Position numbers and translations under genes: made by a program. Below are positions 49,854 through 58,244 of a DNA stretch of 64,000 nt, one piece after another. Source of the DNA: a virus. Taxonomy: Duplodnaviria > Heunggongvirae > Uroviricota > Caudoviricetes. The notes under the pieces were generated by a model. The model did no database searches, was not told where the DNA came from, and was given only the letters and a program-made list of their open reading frames with translations. How positions within the stretch are numbered: the first letter of the stretch is position 1; every line of letters starts with the position of its first letter. The stretch is taken from the IMG/VR virus record IMGVR_UViG_3300035501_000580; one strand, 5' to 3'.

Positions 49854-50441
49854 TTTGTCTTTTATTGTCCATGTGATATTTCTACCAAAACCTCTATTCG
49901 CTCCTTTATATGTAGAAGTGAGTGAGTGACAATTTGGACAAACCAATCTTAAATTATTCTCAGAGTTATTTTCTGAGTTTCCATCTATGTGATCGATTTC
50001 TAAAGGAATAGTGTTTGTATATGGGTTTACTTTTGACCAACCACATTCACAACATTTATAATCAAACTTTTCAAATATATAACGTCGTAATTGCTTAGGT
50101 AATTGTCCCCATTTTGTTGACTTAGCGATTGAGTTATCTAATTTGTAATGTTCCACCCACTGTTTATATTCAAAGTCCTGTTGACATTTATTTGAACAAT
50201 ATTTACATCCGGACTTTATTTCTTTTCCACAATATTTACAGTAGGTTTTCTTACCTTGACCTTTATTGACAGGTTGTTTTCCTGAGTTTTTAGACCGAAC
50301 AGGTAACTCAAAACCTCTATTCCTCATTACTTTCTTGATATTGTTACCAGAACATCCAAATAGACGACCAATTTCCTCATAAGAAAGTTTATCTACAAAT
50401 ATATATCTCTTTAATATGTCAATGTTCTCAGTCCAATCCAT
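49848..50441 (-). CDS. HNH homing endonuclease (197 aa)
   Basis: C..C zinc pairs and PLEIDHIDGNSENNSENNLRLVCPNCHSL. Confidence 0.75.
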   Translation of the reverse strand: MDWTENIDILKRYIFVDKLSYEEIGRLFGCSGNNIKKVMRNRGFELPVRSKNSGKQPVNKGQGKKTYCKYCGKEIKSGCKYCSNKCQQDFEYKQWVEHYKLDNSIAKSTKWGQLPKQLRRYIFEKFDYKCCECGWSKVNPYTNTIPLEIDHIDGNSENNSENNLRLVCPNCHSLTSTYKGANRGFGRNITWTIKDKH

Positions 50442-50443
50442 AG

Positions 50444-50516
50444 AGTTGACGAGCGGAGTCGAACCGCTGAATAATGGTTTTGCAGACCAGTCCCTTAACC
50501 ACTTGGGTACGTCAAC
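50444..50516 (-). tRNA. tRNA-Cys(GCA)
   Basis: anticodon loop CTGCAAA, T-arm AGCGG-TTCGACT-CCGCT. Confidence 0.8.
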
Positions 50517-50526
50517 ATTGTTTAGG

Positions 50527-50608
50527 TGCTCATGAAGGGACTCGAACCCATACGTCTTTTGACAACAGATCCTAAGTCTGTCGCGTCTACCAATTCCGCC
50601 ACATGAGC
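50527..50608 (-). tRNA. tRNA-Leu(TAG), class II
   Basis: anticodon arm ACAGA-CTTAGGA-TCTGT, long variable arm. Confidence 0.8.
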
Positions 50609-50614
50609 AGTCTA

Positions 50615-51313
50615 TTAAGTTCTTTCTTGTTTAGATGATTGAGATGTTTTCAAGATAGAAGCGTCATACATTTCAGGAGAAGTAATAATATCTCTACCTC
50701 TACTTGGTGCATTATTCTTCATATTATCTAACATTGATTGAAATTGTGATTTTCTATCATCACTTGTTTTCAATACATCATCTCTTTCACCACTGGAAGC
50801 CAACTGATAAACTGTATTAGGAGCACCTGATTGAACAGTTCTTGAAGATGCACTATTATATACATTAGAACTTCCAGATAAATAATCAGTTGTTGTAGTA
50901 GGTATGGTAATGTTAGTATTTATTACGCCATTATATCTAAAAAAGTGTATAGTTGTCGTACCTAAACTCGCATATACCATTACACTATTTTGTTTGAAAT
51001 CTGATATCCATTGACTACCAGAATACATACAAATATGACCGGGAGCACTTTGGTTGTAAGTAGGTTTCATATATACTGCAATATCACCGGGTTGAGGTGT
51101 ATATGTACTGGCATTACTACTACTCATCTGGGCAACTTCATTAAAACCTATTGAGGGTAAATAATTAATATATTTCCAAGCCCAGTCAGGTCTTCCTGAT
51201 GTGGATAACCCTCCAGATTCAATGGCCATTCTGACATACTTCGCACACTTACCTTGTGATTTAACAGAGGCTCTACTTGCTAATGAATTTACACATTTTT
51301 GTAAATCAAACAT
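50615..51313 (-). CDS. CHAP-domain peptidoglycan hydrolase with S/T-rich C-terminal region (232 aa)
   Basis: Cys block GKCAKYVRMAI and His block GDIAVY ... GHICMY. Confidence 0.65.
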   Translation of the reverse strand: MFDLQKCVNSLASRASVKSQGKCAKYVRMAIESGGLSTSGRPDWAWKYINYLPSIGFNEVAQMSSSNASTYTPQPGDIAVYMKPTYNQSAPGHICMYSGSQWISDFKQNSVMVYASLGTTTIHFFRYNGVINTNITIPTTTTDYLSGSSNVYNSASSRTVQSGAPNTVYQLASSGERDDVLKTSDDRKSQFQSMLDNMKNNAPSRGRDIITSPEMYDASILKTSQSSKQERT

Positions 51314-51337
51314 AATTCACCTATTCCAATATATCGG

Positions 51338-51408
51338 TTGGAATATCAAGGCTCGAACTTGAAACGACAGAACCAAAATCTGTAGTGTTACCATTACACC
51401 ATATTCCA
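51338..51408 (-). tRNA. tRNA-Gln(TTG)
   Basis: anticodon arm ACAGA-TTTTGGT-TCTGT. Confidence 0.8.
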
Positions 51409-51416
51409 ATGTTTAG

Positions 51417-51490
51417 CGGTGTATATGGGACTCGAACCCATGACCCCCTGCGTGACAGGCAGGTATTCTAACCATCTGAACTAATACACC
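51417..51490 (-). tRNA. tRNA-Asp(GTC)
   Basis: anticodon arm CCTGC-CTGTCAC-GCAGG. Confidence 0.85.
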
Positions 51491-51497
51491 TCACTAT

Positions 51498-51968
51498 TTA
51501 ATAATTATCATCTTTATCTACGGCGACACCTTCCCAAATACCTAAAAGGTTTTCGTCAGTTTCAGGGTTTTCGATAAAGTATTCTTCAACTTTTTCTTTA
51601 GTTTTATTATTAAATTTATAGACAGTTATTGATTTTACGGTAGGACATCTATCTTCTTCTTCTAACTCAGCAATGTCCCATACAACATCAACAATTCTAT
51701 AAAAATCCCAAAAGAACACACCTTCACCAAACCATTGTTTACCTACATAAAAGGGAGTATACATCTCAAGATGTCTTAACACATCTTCTTTATATCTGGT
51801 TTTTATTTCTTCAATTTCTTGTTCTCTTCTAGAACGATACGAACCAGTGTCTTTTATGTGATTTAATTGGTCTATATACATTGTTCTTATATATGAACAA
51901 ATTCTTTCATAATGTTCATGGAAATAATTGATATTTCTACGAGCTTCTTTAATGTGACTTTTTATCAT
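51498..51968 (-). CDS. hypothetical protein (156 aa)
   Basis: ORF. Confidence 0.5.
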   Translation of the reverse strand: MIKSHIKEARRNINYFHEHYERICSYIRTMYIDQLNHIKDTGSYRSRREQEIEEIKTRYKEDVLRHLEMYTPFYVGKQWFGEGVFFWDFYRIVDVVWDIAELEEEDRCPTVKSITVYKFNNKTKEKVEEYFIENPETDENLLGIWEGVAVDKDDNY

Positions 51969-51995
51969 GATTGATTAAAGGTTAAAATATATGTG

Positions 51996-52070
51996 GGGGT
52001 TAGAATGAGGATCGAACTCATACCACAAGTGCCACAAACTCGGATGCTAACCGTTAACACCATCTAACCC
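51996..52070 (-). tRNA. tRNA-His(GTG) with encoded G-1
   Basis: anticodon loop TTGTGGC; extra 5' G pairing with discriminator C (8-bp acceptor). Confidence 0.8.
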
Positions 52071-52226
52071 ATGTCAAAAAATCTCGACTAACAGCTCATC
52101 TTCTTGTATCCATACTTTCCAGATGATTTTGAGCTTCATAGTGTTATCGGGTATGAACTCTCATGGTTACTGACTTCGAGATTTCAAATGTGAACACTAC
52201 TACTAACCATTTTTCATGTTCTTTGG

Positions 52227-52298
52227 TAGCGGGGGTAGGGATCGAACCTACGACCTTAAGCTTATGAGGCTTACGAGCTACCTCTGCTCTACCCCGCA
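52227..52298 (-). tRNA. tRNA-Met(CAT) (elongator or Ile2-type); CCA encoded downstream at 52224-52226
   Basis: anticodon arm TAAGC-CTCATAA-GCTTA. Confidence 0.8.
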
Positions 52299-52303
52299 AT
52301 ATA

Positions 52304-52771
52304 TCATAATTTCAATAGACCATTATCAAATTCCCAATGATGATTAGGACACAAACCAATTAGATTGTCCGGGTTATTTATTTCTGATATTGGAGTGTCA
52401 TCACTAAACTCTGAAACTGGTTTAATGTGAGCTACCTCAACATGATTTGTATAACCACATATTTCACATCTATAAGGTTTATTTGATTTCATGAATGATT
52501 TTCTGGCAAGTCTTGTGATAGAACTTCGAGCGGATTGCCAATTTTTTCTATTTTTGAATAAATCACCTTTTGTTTGGATAGATATTGGAGTTTTAGTTTG
52601 ACTTTGTGGTTCAGGTATCATCAGGTCTTTACATCTTTTTTTGATGGATGTTTTGACATTTGATGACATCGGATATACATAACCAAATCTATAACTTAAA
52701 TCTTTCCATGTAGATGATGTCAAAATAATTTCAGAAAACTGTTCATCATCAAATGAATCTAAATTAGTCAT
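52304..52771 (-). CDS. HNH homing endonuclease (155 aa)
   Basis: CEICGY ... AHIKP ... NLIGLCPNHH. Confidence 0.7.
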   Translation of the reverse strand: MTNLDSFDDEQFSEIILTSSTWKDLSYRFGYVYPMSSNVKTSIKKRCKDLMIPEPQSQTKTPISIQTKGDLFKNRKNWQSARSSITRLARKSFMKSNKPYRCEICGYTNHVEVAHIKPVSEFSDDTPISEINNPDNLIGLCPNHHWEFDNGLLKL

Positions 52772-52786
52772 ATCTTATTATTTTAG

Positions 52787-52859
52787 AGCCGAATAAGGGA
52801 CTCGAACCCATGACCCCGAGATTACAAATCACGTGCTCTACCAACTGAGCTAATTCGGC
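52787..52859 (-). tRNA. tRNA-Thr(TGT)
   Basis: anticodon loop TTTGTAA; one mismatch in anticodon stem. Confidence 0.75.
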
Positions 52860-53100
52860 ATGATTAAAATTTGGTTTTATTTACTACATCAGAAGAAAAG
52901 GTAAAAAGGTGGTTGGAATGATAATGAATTATTTTTGATTTTCTCGCAAATAATTCATAGGTATCATTCCGGAAGGACAAAAGTAGTAAGTAGAAGATGC
53001 TTCAAGATACCACTTAAAGGCCTTTTTAAATGATTTACAAATTTTCTTCATAACTGTAAACTTATTATATATATTAAAATTTCAATGTTCTCTTAATTTG

Positions 53101-53173
53101 TGGAGTCACTCGGGATCGAACCGAGAACCATAGAATGCAAATCTATAATTTTAGCCAGTTAAACTATGACCCC
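53101..53173 (-). tRNA. tRNA-Ala(TGC)
   Basis: anticodon arm ATAGA-TTTGCAT-TCTAT. Confidence 0.8.
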
Positions 53174-53255
53174 CGACTGAGGCGGGAAGGATTTGAACCA
53201 ACAACCAGGATCCCATGCACTACTCCGTTGCCCACTGAGGGGTAAATCCCTCTTC
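53174..53255 (-). other. tRNA-like element (T-loop GGTTCAAATCC) without foldable cloverleaf; flanked by direct repeat ACTGAGG
   Basis: T-arm-like segment only; acceptor complement absent. Confidence 0.25.
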
Positions 53256-53269
53256 CCTTAGTTATCGCT

Positions 53270-53560
53270 TTACGTTTCTGTTCCTCGTGTCACTTGTGTC
53301 CGTATTCCCTTTGTGTCAGTCCGTATTCCATTTTGTGTCACCGAGTTCGTATTCCATTTTGTGTCATCCAGTTTTCCCATTGTGTCATCCCGTTTCCATC
53401 CGGTTCCTGTTTCTGTATCAAGAGTTTCCATCTGTTTCTGTATCCACTTGTGTCCGTATTCCCCAGTGTCCGTTTCCATGTTTTTGTGTCACCTGTAATC
53501 TGTTGTGTCACCCGTAGTCCTATTGCGTTTCCGTAGTTGTGTCGTAGTAGGAAATTACCT
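53270..53560. repeat. degenerate tandem repeat array (TTGTGTCA / GTATTCC / GTTTCC units, ~20-24 bp period), strongly pyrimidine-skewed on plus strand
   Basis: read directly: cttgtgtccgtattcc, ctttgtgtcagtccgtattcc, attttgtgtcaccgagttcgtattcc ... Confidence 0.7.
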
Positions 53561-53590
53561 ACTCTATCCAAATTGAGCTACCGCCCATGG
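53551..53590 (-). pseudogene. tRNA 5'-half fragment (acceptor + D-arm GCTC-AATTTGGATA-GAGT) lacking T-arm
   Basis: reverse complement GGGCGGTAGCTCAATTTGGATAGAGTAGGTAATTTC; no downstream T-arm. Confidence 0.35.
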
Positions 53591-53663
53591 CATCGGGTAC
53601 GGGATTTGAACCCGTGTTCCTACCGTGAAAGGGTAATGTCCTAGACCCCTAGACGAACCCGAC
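53591..53663 (-). tRNA. tRNA-Glu(TTC)
   Basis: anticodon loop CTTTCAC, T-arm ACGGG-TTCAAAT-CCCGT. Confidence 0.8.
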
Positions 53664-53753
53664 AAACTTAAATTGTAATTCTACTTCAAAGAACTGTATA
53701 TTAAATATAACAAATAATCTTGATTTCTCTCAGATTTATTGTTTTTTTTTCTG

Positions 53754-53826
53754 TGGAGAAGGATGGAATCGAACCATCATAAGAGGATTTTCAGTCCACC
53801 GCATTGACCAACTTTGCTACCTCTCC
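53754..53826 (-). tRNA. tRNA-Phe(GAA)
   Basis: anticodon loop CTGAAAA, T-arm GATGG-TTCGATT-CCATC. Confidence 0.8.
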
Positions 53827-53832
53827 ATTTTG

Positions 53833-53916
53833 TGGGAGTGGAGGGAATCGAACCCCCTCAGACGATAGTCAGCAGATTTACAGTCTGCCGCGACTCTCCA
53901 ACTTCGCCGCACTCCC
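53833..53916 (-). tRNA. tRNA-Tyr(GTA), class II
   Basis: anticodon arm GCAGA-CTGTAAA-TCTGC, long variable arm. Confidence 0.85.
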
Positions 53917-53925
53917 AATTTGTTG

Positions 53926-54007
53926 TACCTTCTCTGGGACTCGAACCCAGACACTGTTAAGTATTTGATTTTGAATCAAACGTGTCTACCAATTCCACCA
54001 AGAAGGC
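53926..54007 (-). tRNA. tRNA-Leu(CAA), class II
   Basis: anticodon arm TTTGA-TTCAAAA-TCAAA, long variable arm. Confidence 0.8.
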
Positions 54008-54009
54008 AA

Positions 54010-54052
54010 AAAAGAAACTCACATCTTCTGGTTAATTAGAATATGTGAGTTT
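54010..54052. terminator. bidirectional terminator-like hairpin (10-bp stem aaactcacat/atgtgagttt flanked by A4 and T4)
   Basis: seen in sequence immediately downstream (minus sense) of tRNA block. Confidence 0.5.
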
Positions 54053-54292
54053 TATATCATTTTAATTATTACACATTAACACACATATCCGGTATCCCCC
54101 AAATCTTCATCAGATGTGGTTGATGATTGGTAACAACTATATGTAAACTGTTTATGTGACATAATTATCATATTCTAATAAAATAGACAAGATTCAACTT
54201 TGACCTGAAAAAAATATAATGAACATAAGTTTGCGGTATGAATCTTTACTACCAATTTAATTTATTTATGTAAATTTATTTTTAAAATTTTG

Positions 54293-54365
54293 AGCGAGAT
54301 ATGGGACTCGAACCCACGACTTTCAGATTGGAAATCTGACGCTCTACCAACTGAGTTAATCTCGC
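54293..54365 (-). tRNA. tRNA-Gly(TCC)
   Basis: anticodon arm TCAGA-TTTCCAA-TCTGA. Confidence 0.8.
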
Positions 54366-54640
54366 AAGTAAACAGGCGACGTAGAACTGGGGTTATGTTC
54401 ACCCCAATAAACACACACTCGAAATCTGGTAGCTTTCTACCCCCACTTAGACGTCCCCTTTCGTGTCCTCTGTATCAGGGTTCTCAGTACAGCAATCTTT
54501 CAGGTATCAACACCTCCCCATTCTATGTCTTTGGCTTGGATACACTAACTTCAACCATCAGACCAGTTCTCTCAACATTAGACTCCTATGGATGTGATTA
54601 TCCAAATCGGGATAATCAATACTTCACTCTACTTGATTAG
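54366..54640. ncRNA. candidate structured RNA / non-coding spacer (GC-elevated, no minus-strand ORF)
   Basis: composition shift and absence of coding capacity on the used strand. Confidence 0.2.
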
Positions 54641-54900
54641 AGCAAATGTCTCACATAGTGTCTGTGTCCATTGTATCCAAGTTTCGATTTCCATTGTATC
54701 CAAGTTTCGATTTCCATTGCAACCCCTTCGTTTCCATCTGTTTCCATATTATATAGGTGTCATCACTCTGTATTCCTATTTTTATTGTTTCCCTTTGTAT
54801 CCGTTCGTGACTCAAGTTTTGTATCCACCCTTCGATGTCCATTGTATCCACCCTTCGATGTCCATTGTATCAATCTGTAATCTACATGAATGAGAAATAT
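54640..54900. repeat. second degenerate tandem repeat array (TTGTATCC-containing units incl. two perfect 23-bp tandem copies ccattgtatccaagtttcgattt and ttgtatccacccttcgatgtcca x2)
   Basis: read directly; same TGT(A/G)TCC core as array at 53270-53560. Confidence 0.7.
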
Positions 54901-55016
54901 TGCCCTTATCCCTTTTCAACCACACCATCAACAGGTCGTTTTTACATACGAACTAAACCTTCGACGTGTATAATTGTATTCTACACACCTGTTAAATTTT
55001 CAATGTTCTCTTTTCG

Positions 55017-55090
55017 CGGCTCAGGTAGGACTCGAACCTACGACACCCTGATTAACAGTCAGGTGCTCTAACCTACTGAGCTACTGAGCC
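55017..55090 (-). tRNA. tRNA-Asn(GTT)
   Basis: anticodon arm CCTGA-CTGTTAA-TCAGG. Confidence 0.85.
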
Positions 55091-55098
55091 AACTCATC

Positions 55099-55524
55099 TT
55101 AAATATTTATGATTTTCTCAAACGAAAAATCTTCGTAATTCAAAGGTTCATATTGGTTATGTGTTTCCTTAAATGGTACATTAACCTTTATGGCATTTCT
55201 ATTTTGAAGTTTCTCGATAGGTATTAACATCAATATTTTAGATTCTACATTATAGATTGAAAAATAATCAATGTCATTACAATCATATTTTTTAAAGTAG
55301 TTGTGACCATTCCTAATAGTTCCACTTCTTAAATCTACGGTAAAACCATCTTTCTTCATTTTATATGAAGTTTTAACCTGTATTTTATTAAGTTTACCAT
55401 TAAATTCGGCTATCAAATCAGCACTTTCATTGTCACCAAATGGGATATAAACAGGAACTCCTAACTCCACGAATTTGGTTAATGTAATTGCTTCTCCAAT
55501 ATTTCCAACTCTTTTACTCTGCAT
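55099..55524 (-). CDS. putative PD-(D/E)XK-type nuclease (possible homing endonuclease), ~141 aa from Met at 55524
   Basis: GEAITLTKFVELG ... PFGDNESADLIAE ... KIQVKT resembles D..E.K restriction-fold core; start trimmed to avoid tRNA-Pro overlap. Confidence 0.4.
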   Translation of the reverse strand: MQSKRVGNIGEAITLTKFVELGVPVYIPFGDNESADLIAEFNGKLNKIQVKTSYKMKKDGFTVDLRSGTIRNGHNYFKKYDCNDIDYFSIYNVESKILMLIPIEKLQNRNAIKVNVPFKETHNQYEPLNYEDFSFEKIINI

Positions 55525-55526
55525 AG

Positions 55527-55599
55527 TCGGGATGACACGACTCGAACGTGCGACCTCACCACCCCAAATGGCAAATTCTACCAACTGAAATACATCCCG
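55527..55599 (-). tRNA. tRNA-Pro(TGG)
   Basis: anticodon loop TTTGGGG, T-arm GCACG-TTCGAGT-CGTGT. Confidence 0.7.
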
Positions 55600-55610
55600 A
55601 AAAATTTTAA

Positions 55611-55688
55611 TGGTCAGGTGGGAAGGACTCGAACCTCCAACAGTACGACCTACTTCGGCCGCCCTCTAACCAATTGATCTACCACCTG
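55611..55688 (-). tRNA. tRNA-like gene with genomically encoded CCA; good acceptor/T-arm, irregular D- and anticodon arms; 5' part overlaps the last 8 codons of HNH gene
   Basis: acceptor CAGGTGG/CCACCTG, T-arm GGAGG-TTCGAGT-CCTTC, ACCA tail; anticodon stem closes a 6-nt loop. Confidence 0.4.
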
Positions 55689-56253
55689 TTTTTCTAATAC
55701 CTTGTATGATTTTTCTTGTCAATCCAAAAAACTCAGCCACTTTTTCCCAAGAATTAAGTTCCAGATATTTTTGATTTACTTCATCACAAGAAGGATACCT
55801 TTTATCTTTCAATCTACATTCAGGAGAACAATAGATTTTACCTTTCATTCTGGTGAACAACTTACCACAACATTTACATTTAGTATAAGCTGTTTTCTTA
55901 GGTGTGATAAAAGATGATTTATTGGAATCTTCTATGACTTCATTAATCTCATCCATGTTAAGTCCGGGGTTGTGAATTTCCCTATGACAATTAGCACACA
56001 ATAATTGACATTTATCCAACTCTTTGTTAAGTATGTCAATTCTGGTATTTGCGAAGTGATGGATATCTAATTGAAATAACTTAGTAGAAGGGTTGATGTG
56101 GTGAAAATCGAGAGCTGATATATTATGATTATATCCACAGATTTCACATTTACCACCCTTAAAGATGATAGCCTCATATTTTCTTTTGAGACCTCTTATC
56201 TTCTGGTTAGTATATTTATTAGGGTTGTCCATAACTTCAAAATTTGTGTCCAT
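55666..56253 (-). CDS. HNH homing endonuclease (195 aa)
   Basis: KCEICGY ... DFHHINP ... LLCANCHREIH; second zinc module CKCCG ... CSPEC. Confidence 0.7.
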   Translation of the reverse strand: MDTNFEVMDNPNKYTNQKIRGLKRKYEAIIFKGGKCEICGYNHNISALDFHHINPSTKLFQLDIHHFANTRIDILNKELDKCQLLCANCHREIHNPGLNMDEINEVIEDSNKSSFITPKKTAYTKCKCCGKLFTRMKGKIYCSPECRLKDKRYPSCDEVNQKYLELNSWEKVAEFFGLTRKIIQGIRKTGGRSIG

Positions 56254-56524
56254 CCAAGGAATTGAACCTTTGTGGTTGAAAAATGTCTAACCACCTACGA
56301 CCTCCGGAGAGTCATCCCTATTACCAAACAGGGCAAGAACAGACAAGTGACCATTGTTTTGGTACAATGGAGAAAACCCGTACAAGGCTACCAATTAGGC
56401 GGCGGCGTACATGACCTTTTCGGGTCGTGAAAAATTGTTGCCAGTTAAATAGGCCATAGACTTCTCCTTCATTCCTACTCATATGTCATCAATACCAGTC
56501 ATCCCCTTATATTTATTTTACTTT

Positions 56525-56560
56525 GTGGAGATGGTGGGGATCGAACCCACGTCTAACATA
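56525..56560 (-). pseudogene. tRNA 3'-half fragment (variable loop + T-arm GTGGG-TTCGATC-CCCAC + acceptor CATCTCC-A)
   Basis: no matching 5' half (GGAGATG) nearby. Confidence 0.4.
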
Positions 56561-56589
56561 CTTTCTTAATATTATCAACAAAATCTATA

Positions 56590-56663
56590 GTGGTCCGGAT
56601 AGGGCTTGAACCTATGACCTTCTGATTATGAGTCAGCTGCTCTAACCAACTGAGCTACGGGAC
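56590..56663 (-). tRNA. tRNA-Met(CAT), second copy (distinct sequence; elongator/initiator/Ile2 not resolvable)
   Basis: anticodon loop CTCATAA, T-arm ATAGG-TTCAAGC-CCTAT. Confidence 0.8.
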
Positions 56664-56858
56664 CGAAATACAAAGTTCAATAAATGGATATGAGTTATAA
56701 TGAGTTGCAATAAATTGCGGTATGAACTTTTATGTATTTTAATGAAAATTAATAGACGAATTTATCAAGATACTATCACTCTATGGCAGAGGATTATTGC
56801 GGTCTGTATCTTTATTTAAGTTTCAACAAATTAAATATAACAAAATGATTTCAATTTT

Positions 56859-57317
56859 CTACTTTTTTGTCAATTTTTCTTTGACTATTTGAGAAGCCAT
56901 TGCACCATCAACTTGACCTGTATAAGTTTTGTTGATGTATCCCATGACTTTTCCCATACCTGACATATCCGTTACTGAAAAATCTGAAATAACTTGGTCA
57001 ACGATTTTTTCAACTTCATCTACTGTCAACATTTTAGGGAGATATTCACTAAGGACACGATATTCTCTGATTTCCTTATCCGCTAATTCAGGTCTATGAT
57101 TAACTCGATAAATTTCACAAGTTTCCAGACGGGACTTAGCTAACTTTTGAATAATCTTAATAATGTCTTTATCATCAGGATTTTTATTTCCATTCTTAGC
57201 TGTTTTCAATTCCATGATAGATGTTTTGATATTACGAATTGTATCTGCTCGTAATTCATCTCTGGATTTGATAGCTTCCATTAAATCCTTTTGAAGTTTT
57301 TCTTCAAGAGTGTTCAT
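56859..57317 (-). CDS. YqeY/GatB-C-terminal-domain-like protein (152 aa)
   Basis: LEEKLQKDLMEAIKSRDELRADTIRNIKTSI ... LSEYLPKMLTVDEVEKIVDQVISD ... MGKVMGYINK ... GQVDGAMASQIVKEKL aligns along whole length with YqeY family. Confidence 0.65.
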   Translation of the reverse strand: MNTLEEKLQKDLMEAIKSRDELRADTIRNIKTSIMELKTAKNGNKNPDDKDIIKIIQKLAKSRLETCEIYRVNHRPELADKEIREYRVLSEYLPKMLTVDEVEKIVDQVISDFSVTDMSGMGKVMGYINKTYTGQVDGAMASQIVKEKLTKK

Positions 57318-57337
57318 CTGTAAAAATTTTTAGTTAG

Positions 57338-57411
57338 TTGGACTGATGGGATTTGAACCCATGACCCCTACATTATCAGTGTAGTGCTCTAACCAACTGA
57401 GCTACAGTCCA
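57338..57411 (-). tRNA. tRNA-Ile(GAT)
   Basis: anticodon arm CTACA-CTGATAA-TGTAG. Confidence 0.85.
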
Positions 57412-57589
57412 AGAATAAACAAGATGTGGGTGTTCTTCCTATTTTTATTCAGTGGTGGAAATCCAAGCAACCCACTTTTCTCATATACCGAAGTGATATG
57501 AGCATTGTATAATTAATGATTGTCGAGAAGTTATTGCAGTTACCACATCTTTATGTAAAACAAAACAATAAACAAAAAACAATATGTTG

Positions 57590-57624
57590 TGATCCGGATG
57601 AGATTCGAACTCATGACCCACAGT
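57590..57624 (-). tRNA. 3' exon of split tRNA (anticodon 3' stem ACTGT, variable GGGTC, T-arm ATGAG-TTCGAAT-CTCAT, acceptor CCGGATC-A)
   Basis: pairs perfectly with 5' exon at 58245..58283 across a 620-bp interruption. Confidence 0.6.
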
Positions 57625-58244
57625 TTAGCATACTACTCTATATTTCTATAGCCAATATTATTAATATTGTTGTAGTCTGGACTTTGTCTTCACCATTTCA
57701 GGTAGGAGTGCGTAAAGTCTCTACGGAGTCTCTTATAAGTAAGTTCCCTCGGCGTTTTCTTCATCATTATATTGTGTATAACATGCTAAGACGTTCACCG
57801 ATATAGCACTCTCCAGTTTATGTGTTAATCCATGATGTTGTATTTCAACAGATAATTTACCTCTACACTTACGTGAACAACAAGTACAATTTAGTTTACT
57901 TGGTTTTTGTAAGTGTGTTTGTCGTTTTTCTCTGATAAATATTTCACCACACCACGGACATTGTAATTTTACCATTTGTTTACCTTTTAATAAACCATGT
58001 AATTTACAATGTTCTTTATTCACCATAACTTCAAGATTTTCTATACGATTATCTTTCTTATTATGATTTTTGTGATGAACAACTTCATTACTATTCAAAA
58101 CTCGACCAAGATAATTTTCCATAATTACTCTATGTTCTAAAACATATCCAGCATCTGATGCGTTTGGATGTTCAGGACATAATACATAATTGTAATCACC
58201 TTTACTTATAACTTTTTGAATATTCCACATAAACGCTCCTATTA
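57625..58244 (-). mobile_element. ~620-bp intervening element inside tRNA anticodon loop carrying HNH endonuclease ORF (candidate group I intron or HEG insertion)
   Basis: exon halves on both sides; SD AGGAG + ATG begin 3 nt and 17 nt (respectively) after the anticodon loop. Confidence 0.5.
57733..58230 (-). CDS. HNH homing endonuclease (165 aa) encoded within the tRNA-interrupting element
   Basis: SNEVVHHKNHNKKDNRIENLEVMVNKEHCKLHG (HNH) and C-terminal CPWCG ... CTCCSRKC zinc module. Confidence 0.7.
   Translation of the reverse strand: MWNIQKVISKGDYNYVLCPEHPNASDAGYVLEHRVIMENYLGRVLNSNEVVHHKNHNKKDNRIENLEVMVNKEHCKLHGLLKGKQMVKLQCPWCGEIFIREKRQTHLQKPSKLNCTCCSRKCRGKLSVEIQHHGLTHKLESAISVNVLACYTQYNDEENAEGTYL

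Noticed and set aside
53174-53590. Second split tRNA, with 53551-53590 as 5' exon and 53174-53255 as 3' exon around the repeat array
   Set aside because: The acceptor strands do not pair (GGGCGG versus CCCGCC-T-CA, a register shift) and the candidate 3' half lacks a foldable T-stem. They are treated as independent fragments.
53270-54900. Possible CRISPR arrays suggested by short tandem repeats
   Set aside because: The repeats are degenerate and head-to-tail with no constant-length unique spacers. The period is 20-24 bp and no cas genes are present. They are iteron or microsatellite-like.
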